Position numbers and translations under genes: made by a program. The notes under the pieces are model-generated. The model was not told where the DNA came from. It did no database searches and saw only the letters and a program-made list of their open reading frames with translations. Positions 47,691 through 58,800 of a DNA stretch of 64,000 bases are shown here, in pieces. The stretch lies in the NCBI GenBank assembly GCA_036785375.1, contig JAWMAR010000361.1, forward strand, positions 2,232,001 to 2,296,000. The letters run 5' to 3'. Numbering within the stretch: the first letter of the stretch is position 1; every line of letters starts with the position of its first letter. The stretch comes from Leucoraja ocellata. Lineage: Eukaryota.

Positions 47691-49229
47691 CAAGTGTTCA
47701 GTCTTCGAGAGATGATGGAAAATTCATTATGTTTAAGACATCTTTTAGATATGTGCATGTATCGATTCTACTTTTGACAGATTCTAGGTGTCAGATTGCT
47801 AGTTTTACTTCCATTCTTCTATCATCAAGTTACATAAGTAAATAAACCTATTTATTTGATCTTCTAATGCATATTTACAGCCACCAAGGGAGTCCTGCCC
47901 TCACTGTACAGTTGCTTTGCTTGCAGTCCTCAGTTCTTAGAAACCATTTACCTAACCCTCACATAAACGCTGGAGATATGCCTTGAGCAAAAGTAAACAT
48001 CAAAGTTCACGTACCAATGCTTTCGTTGGGGGTGTGTAATTATTTCCAAGAAAGAAATCCATGGATTATAATTGCACTTCTGGGATAACAAGTGCATTCA
48101 TTAAACACTTCTATGCTGTGAAAGACATGGGGTGTTGTGTAATGTGCATGTACAGTGGCAGAAGCGCTGAAAGAATCAATGAATACATATCATTAGCATT
48201 ACAGTCGTCACTCTTTTTGGGTATGAGAGGTGAAGTGAGATTGTAATTACTTCGCTAACTGGGAGGAATTCGATTTGACATTGAGGTACAACAGGTTTGT
48301 TTGAAAGAATACAAGTAACGTTTCATGCAATTATATTAAAGAGCAACGACTTGATCATATCCTGGGAGATAAGAAAGATCTTCCTCAAATACCACACATG
48401 ATGGTCTTGGTAATAACTGAAGATGCACTTCAGCTGGACCTTTCATTTTTCCAGATCTATTACTGGATGTATTTTAGATGTTCCAGGTCCGGCAGCTTTT
48501 TTTTTAATCAGTTCCCTGTGTTTTGTTCATCTTTGTAACTAGCATTTTATCAGGGTTCTACCCAGGGGCTTGACAGAGCTCCAGACAACCTAGATGACCC
48601 TATTTCATTATAAACAAATCCAGCACAAAGCAAAACACTAAGTAATGGAGTTTTACCAATTGACACTTGTGTACTTTCGCACAGAGAGTGGTGGGGATAT
48701 GGAGCGAGCTGCCAAGGGAAATACTTGAGGCAGGGACTATAACATCAATTAAAAGACAACTGGACAGATACATGATTAGAAACGGTTTAGAGGCATATGG
48801 AAGATAGACACAAAATGTAACTCGGTGGGATGGGCAGCATCTCTGGAGAGAAGGAATGGGTGACATTTTGGGTGACATTTTGGGCCTCTCGACCCAAAAC
48901 ATCACCCATTCATGAAGCATGAAGCCTTTGTTGAGAAGCTGATGCATTTTAGGTCAAACACTGCCCAGCTTCACACGTGGAGGTCCCCAAGCCCTGACTA
49001 CTGCCCATATTTCCCCAAGTTCTTCAGATGGAAGGGAATCTATGCAATTACAAGAGGAGTATGACCTTTATGCAGTTTAGTTTGGAGACGCATGATGGTT
49101 TCAGATATCCTACTCATTAAGAAGAACTAGAACAACAGATGGTTGCTGATGGTTTGTTGGCAAATTTAGCGGGCAGTTTGTAAACGGCGCAGTTATGCAA
49201 ACAGATGAATGAGGAATTAATCCAGTTTT

Positions 49230-49380
49230 AGTGTTGACTCAAGGATTTGGGATGTAGTCAGGAGACTCAAAGGAATTGCTTCTTGGAAAATGTTGTGGTA
49301 TCTTCTCCATTCATTTGAACATGCAGATGGAACCTCAGTTCCAAGAGATGGCTTCTATTAATGCTGCCCATTCTCACTCC
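49230..49380 (-). mobile_element. Possible ancient Deu-domain SINE remnant
   Basis: tgcttcttggaaaatgttgtggtatcttctccattcatttgaacatgcagatggaacctcagtt resembles the recalled reverse Deu-domain core; highly diverged. Confidence 0.4.
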
Positions 49381-49472
49381 GAGGTTGTGTGAACCTTTGA
49401 ATTAAATCCAATACCAATTAGTCATCCCTGCATAAACCATACTGAGGAATAATAGAGAGCTAGGATTTCCCT

Positions 49473-49638
49473 TAGATAGACACAAAATGCTGGAGTAACT
49501 CAGCGGGACAGGCAGCATCTCTGGGGAGAAGGAATGGTTGACGTTTCTCTCCAGAGATGTTGCCTGTGCCGCTGAGGTACTCCGGCACTTTGTGTCTTTC
49601 TTCAGTTTAAACCAGTATCTGCAGTTCCTTCCAACACA
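49473..49638. mobile_element. Hairpin-form short Penelope-derived element
   Basis: agacacaaaatgctggagtaactcagcgggacaggcagcatctctgg ... ccagagatgttgcctgtgccgctgaggtactccggcactttgtgtct. Confidence 0.8.
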
Positions 49639-50624
49639 CATGATGTTTGATTTGGGGGTATTAGCTACAGGTAGCGGTTGGACAGACTTGAATTGTTTTC
49701 TCTCGAGGTTATGGGAGACCTGATAGAAGGCATAGATTGGGTGGAGTTTAAGAATCGTTTTTTCCCCAGTATGGAGACATCAAATACCAGAGGGCATAGC
49801 TTTAAGGTGTGAGAGGCAAAGGTTAAAGCAAGACAATTTTTTTACACAGAGGGTGGTGAGTGACTGGAACAGGGTGACAGGAGTGGTGGTTGAAGCAGAC
49901 ACGTCACTGGCATTTAAACGATTTTTGTTTCGACATATGGATATGGTGGGAATGGAGGGATATGCATTACATATAGATAGATAGAAATTATGTTGGCATG
50001 ATGTTTGGCACAAACATTGTGGGCCGAAGAGCCAGTCTTTGTGATGCACTGTTCTATGTCCCATGTCTAAAATACTAATGAAGCTATCCTAAACTATTTA
50101 AAGTCATTTCCTCATCTGGTAATTCAAACAAATTATGAAACTAGATTGAGGAAGATTAGTTTTAGGTGTCCGATCGCAGCAAAAAACACCTTAGCTGTGT
50201 AGTTAGCTCACCAAAGGTCAAACCTGTTTAGTTGAGATGAAAAAACCATCGCGACACGACCGACTCGGATTAAATGGCTTATTAACGACTTCATAATTTT
50301 CATTGTTGGGCACAGGTTTTAAATGAAATGACATGAATAAAACTGTCTGACTCAGTGGATAAGTAGTACTGTTTGCCCTGCCCTGATCCTCATTTGAGCA
50401 GGTATGCGTCGCACAGCTCAAAACCATCCATAATTTGGAAGTAATTAGGGCTAAATTAGAATTCACTCAGAGATGTCAGAAGAACAATTTGAGGAGAGGA
50501 CATTCATCAAGATTTTGCAGATTTATATTATTTGCACTCTGCTCTAGTGGTTTATTATTATTTAATTATAAATGGCTGTATAAAGCACAACCTTCAACTC
50601 ACAAGCAACCATTTTCCATTAGAT

Positions 50625-50753
50625 GGGCACAAAAAGCTGGAGTAACTCAGCGGGGACAGGCAGCATCTCTGGAATGTTGCTTGTCCCGCTGAGTTACTCC
50701 AGCATTTAGCGTCTATTTTAGGTGTAAGCCAGCATCTGCAGATCCTTCCTACA
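50625..50753. mobile_element. Hairpin-form short Penelope-derived element with 15-bp TSD
   Basis: cattttccattagat at 50610-50624 and 50754-50768. Confidence 0.8.
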
Positions 50754-50777
50754 CATTTTCCATTAGATATGTATATA

Positions 50778-51705
50778 TCTATATTACTAAAAGTCTGATC
50801 TTGACCACTTCCTGTTGTTCTGTATGTTGATTTTAGAAAAAATGCTGCCACTTACGGCTGTGATTTTTTGGCCATCTTACTCAGAGTCCCCCTCCGCTGC
50901 GCAGCACAAGAGGATTTTTCCCATTGATTAAAAATAAAACAGTTATTAGTGTTTAAAAAATGTTGAGATTCTCTCTCCTGAAGGCCACGCCCCTTCCGGA
51001 GAGACTATAAAACCCAGAAGTGTTGAGTGCCTCAGTCAGTCTCTGCAAGATGGGGGAGCGAGAGGGTCACGTCTCTCAGTCGGAGCACTGCAAATGGCTT
51101 GGTGATGGAAACTTGACAACTTCCTGTTTGCACTGTATATTAATTTTAGATGAAATGATAGCATTTAAGGCTGTAACTTTTGGCCATCTTACTCAGTCCC
51201 CTTCCGCTCATCAGGTGCAGAGAATTCTTCCCATCAATGAAAAATAAAAGTGTTATTAGTGTTTTAAAAAAATGTTGAAAATCTCTCTCCTGTCAATCAT
51301 GCCATGAAGGCCACGCCCCTTCCGGTGGGAGCGTGGGAGGGTTTATAGAACCTAGAATTGTGGGTGTGGCTCAGTCTCTGCACGTTGTGGGGAGGGAGAA
51401 GTCACACAAGTCTGAGCTGTGAATCAACTGAACACACTGAATGTCTACTGAACTGTGAGTGTGGTGTTTCTCTGGTGTTTTGTGTGGTTTTATGGTGGTT
51501 TCATGGTGGTTTCACTCTGCTTGAAATGGTATGAAACTGCATTTGAATGTGATGGCCTTGCACCCTGCATGAAATGGTATGAAACTGCATTTGAATGTGG
51601 TGGCCTTGCATCCGGCATGAAATTATATGAAATTGCATTTGAATTTGGTGGACTTGCACCTTGCTTGAAGTGGTATGAAACTGCAATTGAATTTGGTGGC
51701 CTTGC
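50778..51705 (+). mobile_element. Non-autonomous Helitron, 5' part (same family as 24530-25689)
   Basis: a|tctatattactaaaagtctgatcttgaccacttcctg; duplicated internal module; about 48-bp tandem repeat x4 at 51521-51705; 3' hairpin/CTAG not seen. Confidence 0.7.
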
Positions 51706-52976
51706 CAACAGTCATATGACACAACAACATACATGAAACATGAAATTAAAGTCATGAGTGGAAAGTCCAATATTGGGGATGTGCAAAGATTGCAGAGTCC
51801 CATCTATCCACATTGGCCCATATCCCTCTATACCTTTCCTATCATGTATCTCTCCAAATATATTTTAAATGTGTGAAAATGTTGCCCCTCAGGTACATTT
51901 TTACCCTCTCACCTTAAACCTATGTCCCCTGGTTGTGGATTCTCCAATTCTAGGTAAAAGACTGTGCATTCTCCCTATCAACTTCCCTCATGATCTTACT
52001 TACCTCGATATGATCACCTCTCATCCTCCTGTGATGCAAGGAATAAAGTCTTGGCCTGCCCAACCTCTCCCTAACCTAGGCCGTCGCGTCCTGGATATAT
52101 CCGCGTAAATCGTCTCTGCACTCTTCTCAGTTTAACCACATCCTGCCCCGGTTTGCCTTCTGAAAAAGGAATACCTTGCACTAATTTGCATAGGACCATT
52201 CATTAGCCCACTCTCCCAACTGATCAAGAACTTGCTGTAGTATTTGATGGCCAACTCCTGGCAGAGCTTGGAACAGAATGTGTATTGTGATGGTCTAGCT
52301 ATGGGCCTCTGCAATGATTTCTCTTGCCCAGTGGAGATGACTGGATTTTATTAGAGTTTAAGTGAGAGGTGACCAAAAAGAGATATTTAAAGTTTTGTAC
52401 CAATTAAATATAAGGATCTTTCCATGAGCATGAATCCAGTGTCAACGTTGATATCAATAGGATAATCACAAATAAATTTAGCATAAAGTTCAGGAGAAAC
52501 CATTTCACTTAGAGTGATTGAAATATGTGCTGTGGGACTGATTAGAGTGGGTGCGTTGAGATAATTACATCAGGGAGAAAAGAATAGAAAGCTAATGGAA
52601 TTAGTTGAGGTAAACTGGAAAGGGGCCACTGGGTAGAATAAATAATGACATCAACCTGTTCTGCGCCTGTGTGACAACTTCTATGGAAATAATTTTTACA
52701 ATGTTTCCGCAAACTATGACAGTATTTGTAGTGAAGAAACAACAACACGAGTAGAAATCACACATTGTCCATTTATCAATGGGCTTTCAATATTAATTAT
52801 CGCAGCCACTTTATCAATAATTTGGGGAAGAAATATATATAAAGGGGTCAATTTCCTGATCATGCTCCCCCAATGAAACAGGGAACATGCAAGAAGAGTG
52901 GATGTGAAAATTGTTGTTCTACAGGCCAAATTTTCAACACAGCACATGAAGTGGACAGGTTATCAGTGCACTCACA

Positions 52977-53255
52977 GGCAGCACAGTGGTGCAGCGATAG
53001 AATTACCACCTCACAGCGCCAGAGACCAGGGTTCGATCCTGACGGTGGGTGCTGTTTATACGGAGTTTGCACGTTCTCCCCGTGACCTTGTGGGTTTTCT
53101 CTGGGTGCCCCCGATTCATCCCACATTCCAAAGAAGTGAAGGTTTGCAGGTTAATTGGCTTGTGTGAATTGTCCTTAGTGTGTAGGACAGAACTAGTGTA
53201 CTGGTGATCATTGGTTGGTGTTGGCTTGATGAACTGAAGGGCCTGTTTCCAGGCT
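52977..53255 (+). mobile_element. V-SINE/HE1-type SINE, near full length
   Basis: tRNA-like head with A box (tggtgcagcgatag) and B box (ggttcgatcc), central domain, gaagggcctgtttcc tail. Confidence 0.88.
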
Positions 53256-53536
53256 GAGACCAGCCTTAAAATGCAGTCACACATATTGGAGCTAAATGTT
53301 GTGGAACAATTTGAAAAAAAAAATCTGTTTTTTAAGTCACACTAATTAAGCATGCCACTGCCTTTTAAACAGAAGATTTTAAAAGCACACAGGAGGATTC
53401 AATGTCTGCACTGTCCATGGTGATAATTTGCAGATTTTTCTTCTTGGAAGTGTGCATTATGTTTTAGGTCAATGGGTTTGTTATAGCTTGAGTACGTTTA
53501 AAGCCTTTCATTAAAACCAAACTGGTAATAATTGAT

Positions 53537-53635
53537 TGACACAAAAAGCTGGAGTAACTCAGCGGGACAGGCAACATCTCTGGAGAGAAGGAATGGGTGA
53601 CGTTTCGGGTTGAGACCCTTCTTCAGACCTAATTA
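53537..53635 (-). mobile_element. Short Penelope-derived element with hammerhead motif (53599-53626) and 12-bp TSD
   Basis: Reverse complement ctgaagaagggtctcaacccgaaacgtc; gtaataattgat at 53525-53536 and 53636-53647. Confidence 0.85.
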
Positions 53636-54354
53636 GTAATAATTGATGTTCTTTGGGGACAGTGGGTGCAAGGTCCAAAGATATTTCCAATAAACTGAGT
53701 GGATATATTTAATTGTTCAAGACTGAGGTATTAAATATTTCTGCTATCCCAAAGTCAGGGAGATTATACATTTAGCATTGTTTCAGTTGCTTGTCTTATA
53801 CAGTAAGGACAATTGTTACATATCTGAAAAGGAAGTTGTGTAGATCATGGTGTCATATAGCATAGAAGCAAGTTCGTCAGCTCTTCGAATCTGCAAGTAT
53901 CCATTTAAGCCTATACTGATCTCATATTATTCCACCCTATTGGCATGGTACAGAATGGCACTTTATTTGTCCCATGTGAAGTTCATTTAGTATATAGTTC
54001 GGTACCAGTATCACTATACGTAAGCACTTAGATGCATATTAGACAAGCATCTCAGATTCTATACAACTGTATACTAGTAGTACACTGAGACAGTATACAG
54101 CGTCGCCAGTTTGGCGCTATTTTCAAGTCCCAGTTGGTATAAGTACAGGGAGGGTTCTCAAAAAGTTGCAGGCACTTCTTGTGTGAAATGAGAAGAGAAA
54201 CTGCTGGGTTAACTACGTATAGGGATAGCATTGATGCACAGCAATTAGCACAGCTGCCTCACGGTTCCAGAGACCAAGGTTGGATCCAGGTGTGTGTGCT
54301 GTATGGAACCTGCACATACAGGTTCCCTTCAGGTGGTCTGCTATCCTTCAAAGG

Positions 54355-54840
54355 CAATAGACAATAGACAATAGGTGCAGGAGTAGGCCATTCAGCCCTT
54401 CAAGCCAGCACCGCCATTCAATGTGATCATGGCTGATCATCCACAATCAGTACCCCGTTCCTGCCTTCTCCCCTGACTCCGCTATCTTCAAGAGCCCTAT
54501 CTAGCTCTCTTGAAAGTATCCAGAGAACCGGCCTCCACCGCCCTCGGAGGCAGAGAATTCCACAGACTCACAACTCTCTGTGTGAAAAAGTGTTTCCTCA
54601 TCTCCATTCTAAATGGCTTACCCCTTATTTTTAAACTGTGGCCCCTGGTTCTGAACTCCCCCCAACATCGGGAACATGTTTCCTGACTCTAGTGTGTCCA
54701 AATCCTTAATAATCTAAAATGTTTCAATAAGATCTCCTCTCATCCTTCTAAATTCCAGAATATACAAGCCCAGCCACTCTATTCAGTCAGCATATGACAG
54801 GGGAATGGACCTTGTGAACCTACGCTGCACTCTCTCAATA
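54355..54840 (-). mobile_element. CR1 LINE 3' fragment with (tctattg)n tail
   Basis: caatagacaatagacaataggtgcaggagtaggccattc... Confidence 0.88.
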
Positions 54841-55169
54841 GTATGCTGTTTGGTAGTGTAATTACTCATCATGCAGGCAGATGGCAGAAAATTAAAGGGG
54901 GCATTAATGAGGTCGGGAGAGGGAACACTAGGATTAGATCATTTAGGTGTTTGCTGGTTAGGATGAAATTGGTGGGCCAAGAAGTCTGCCTCCATGCTGA
55001 TGGCTCTCTGATCCAGAAGGCCTTGCACAATCTGTAGAAAGAGAAGCACGTTTCAGCTCTGTGTCCCTTTGGCCTGAAATGTTTGTTATTCCAGTAGTCT
55101 GAAGCATATTGGTCCACAGTGAACAGCCAAATGTGAGTTATATATGTGTGAAAAACTAGCTCATAAATG

Positions 55170-55335
55170 CTTTAGTTTAGTTTAGAGATACAGGACGGAA
55201 ACAGGCCCTTCGGCCCACCAGGTCCGTGCTGACCACCTATCCCTGCACATTAACACTATCCTACACCCACTCGGGACAATTTTTACATTTACCAAGTCAA
55301 TTATTCTACAACCCTGTACATCTTTGGAGTGTGGG
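55170..55335 (-). mobile_element. V-SINE 3' half
   Basis: tttagtttagtttagagatacag...gaaacaggcccttcggcccac...tctttggagtgtggg. Confidence 0.82.
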
Positions 55336-55344
55336 TCTGAGTGG

Positions 55345-55582
55345 TAACGTTTTCATATAAAGGGTGGTGGATGTATGGAACAAGCTGCCAGAGGAGGTCA
55401 TTGAGGCAGGGACTATCCCAACGTTTAAGGAACAGTCAGACGGGTACATCGGTAGGTCAGGTTTGGAGGGATATGGACCAAATGCGGGCAGGTGGGACTA
55501 GTGTAGCTGGGACATGTTGGACAGTGTGGGCAGGTTGGGCCGAGGGGGCTGTTTCCACGATGTATCACTCTATGACTATGTT
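55345..55582 (+). mobile_element. CR1-type LINE 3' end (tail similar to the V-SINE tail)
   Basis: agggtggtggatgtatggaacaagctgccagagg...gggccgagggggctgtttccacgatgtatcactctatgactatg. Confidence 0.8.
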
Positions 55583-55770
55583 TCACCGTTTTGCTTGGGG
55601 ATGCCTTATCAATGCAAAGGCATCCACGTTGTCGACTAAAAAAAATATACGGTATAAATAAGTAATGATTTATAGTTGCTGTTTACAAATTCATGCAGAT
55701 GGCAGTTACTTCAAGACTTTGCCACAGCTAATAGAGTGGAAATTGTGAATGCTGTTCCTCTTGCTAACAG

Positions 55771-55881
55771 GGCTCTACGGGAAGGATTCAGGCACCAGCC
55801 ATGGCTATCGCAGCGGAGGACCTGACCTGCACAACTTCATCTCTTCAGGATTTGTGACACTAGGGCGAGGACATCTCAAGG
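55771..55881 (+). CDS. SHISA6: Internal coding exon (exon 3, cassette-type, phase 1-1) of Shisa6/CKAMP52
   Basis: Acceptor gctgttcctcttgctaacag|GG, donor AAGG|gtacag, 111 bp. Encodes GLYGKDSGTSHGYRSGGPDLHNFISSGFVTLGRGHLK, matching recalled mammalian GHYGKDAYRSGGPDLHNFISSGFVTLGRGHTK. Confidence 0.92.
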
Positions 55882-58800
55882 GTACAGTAGAAACTGCTTC
55901 TTTGCAAAAACCATTTCATACTTATAATCGTCAGTCGAAAAACTCCAACGATGCAATGCTTGTGTGCCCATTAGAAGGGAAGGGAATTTTAGTGTAGTCT
56001 GTTGGCGATGCAGGACGACTAAAATTATGATCTGAATACCTACTCGGTAATAAATCTAATTCAGCTCCTTGTGTGGTGATTGTAGAGCATGTTTCGTAAT
56101 AATCCTGGGCATTGCATCAATAAGCCCGTGCAAAAGGGAAGCAATGTTGTGCAGCGTCTTGCAGTAGTGCAGTATCGTGTAGCAATGTTGTTATCTGTTT
56201 GTATTAAAGCTGATCTGTTGATGCTAAAATATTGTAAATGCTATGTTACACTGTCAGGTAATAAATATATTTGTTAATCATATACAAAGAGAAAGGCACA
56301 AGGACTTCCTGCTATCAGGAACGGATGGCTGACCCAAGACAGGCACTTTTTAAAAATAATTCTAGATGTACTTTTATGTCTCCTTGTTGTTAAAAAAAAA
56401 CCATTAAGGCTGAAATCCCAAAGGGAAACTCATGCTACCCGACATTGCCACCCCATTCAGAAACTGGAAGTTTAATTCTGTTCTAGTCTGCTTCTGAAGT
56501 ATGATTGTCTGTAAAATAGATGTTGCTCCAATTGCAGATTTTTTTTTAATGTCTGATCATTTCTATTCCCCAAGTTGATATATAGCTGCTGTCTCCCTGC
56601 ACCTTCCTGCACTCCCTAGTCCCTTCTATCCATAAACTAGTGCATCCTATTCCTTCCATCTACCATCTCCGGAGGTCTCCAGATTATTTTACCTTCCCCT
56701 GAATTCATCTTATCTAGTGATAATCCACTTATTTCTTCTCGATCTGCTCCCCTGTAATGCCGACACTGTACCATCGTAATCCTGGATATATTTTCCCAAA
56801 ATCGATGGGGTGACATGAAAGTCAATATCTACACTGAACCAAAAATGAAAATGATCAGCAGGGAATAATTAGCATAAGGAATTGATTTTTTTTTCCAAAT
56901 AAGGTTGTTTCTATTCCAAGTGACAACGACTTATTATCATCTGCTAGTTCACAAACTATATAAATAAAATAAGTCACCCAGATGTTTTTTTCCAAATGGC
57001 TCCTCATGTAAATGATCCAGAGTTCAATCAATCAATCAGCATTTAAATGTGGTGTGCTTACTGAGCTAAAAAAGTTCAATGCCTTGTGGTTTCTACATTT
57101 ATTGAGACCTTGTGGACTAATATCGTCAAATATTCTGTGCTTGGTTGCCATCAATGAATCTTCCTCTTGCCCTTTGGGTCACCGTTTTACAGATGACGTT
57201 GCTGTGTTGATGAAACCGATTTTCCCAAAAGAGTTTTTATGAGCTGTTTAAATGTCTATTAGTGCTGTGATTTGCTTGATTAATTGTGGACACAGTGAAT
57301 GGACAATTAATTAAAGGCAGAAGCCCAGGTTTTCATTTTACTTCTGCCCTTTGCAGTATTAATCTTGCACCCTTATCAATTCTAACACAACGTTAGTCTT
57401 CCATGTTAAACGCTGGGTACCAAGACGTAAACACCTTGTGAGTGAACGTTTCAGAATTACTTGTCATCCATTATAGATTTTAAAAATTGGCAAGGCAGAA
57501 GTGTGATTTGTAGATTTGAAAAAGACTTCAAAAAGATATAGTTCACTGCACTGTCACATTGATTTTCCTCCACACCAATGTTCATTAGTCTCCAATGGGT
57601 AGAGGACAATGGGCATTAAAATCCTTCTACTTTCACAATGCAGTTTTTCTCAGTTCCAATAAAACACATTTGACATCTGCATAACATTATTCTGAAGAAG
57701 CAGAAACGATTTCTTGATCACTGGGATGGAACTCAGAAATGTACTTATTCTGGCTGTCTGATGTGAAATTGGCTTTCCATATTCTGCATCTTCCAATGCA
57801 AAAGGATCTGTATGTGCAGAGACTTTTAAACTGCATGTTGAGGGATATATATTAATATAGATGGCGCTGGTCACAACCGATCAGTTCTTTGCAGGGGAAG
57901 TGAAAACACTAATCAAAATCGTGGCATCTCTATCTGTTCCTATTCTGGTACCATATCAAAATTGTGTCATTTATATCTGTATCTAAACTGATAGCAAATC
58001 AAAATTGTGCCATTTATATCTGTCCAGGGTTAGCAGGTTGGAATTTCACATCAACATTCTTACAAATTGTTCATTGTGAATGTAATTTTCCCTGCAAGTG
58101 GAATACAGCATCCGTTTGAAAGCACTTGCCACGGCCACAGTAAGGAAGTCTGTTTATGATGCTCTTTAATTAGTGAGAGCAGCCATTAATCAGAACACTT
58201 GAAATGTCAGAGCATTTACTTTAGCAGCCACAATGTGTCAATAAACTGCTGGGGTGTAGGTGCCACCAGCAAATCCATTCGTTGACTGCCTTCAGATCCC
58301 GAGGACAGCAACAGAGATTGGCAAGGATCTAGCTATGACGTGTCTGAAAAATGTCTCAAATCCCAATCTTGCTAGATGAAACATGGGTCCCAATCTGTTA
58401 GGGTAATCAAATGAGATCATTTGTTATGCATTTACCATATTTAAATTGGGACAGCGGGAAGAGAGGATGAGAAAAAGAAACGGGTTAAAACAAAAGGAAA
58501 GTAAAGGTTAGAGAATGACTAGAGAGTATTTAGAGTATGAATATGCTCCATTGAAATGAAAAAATAAGATTGAGAAAGGACATAAGCAAAACGAAGTTAA
58601 GAATGTACAACTAGCTTTGTGATGGTTGAGTGATGCTGTTGAGAGGTTATAATTACCCAAGAGAAGTAAATAAAGTGTTTCTTCACTGATGAGATTGTGT
58701 TTGATGATGGACATACTTGCCTGTTAAACATTGTTGTGCACAATACTGTTTACAGGGAGGAGGCAGCTAAACCAGCTCTTATCCTCACTTTGTTAATTCA

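Noticed and set aside
51521-51705. About 48-bp periodic repeat with repetitive ORFs (KWYETAFECGGLA)
   Set aside because: Minisatellite within a Helitron; no spacers or splice context
52977-53045. tRNA gene (A and B boxes)
   Set aside because: It is the tRNA-derived head of a V-SINE, continuing into SINE body and tail; same for 63699
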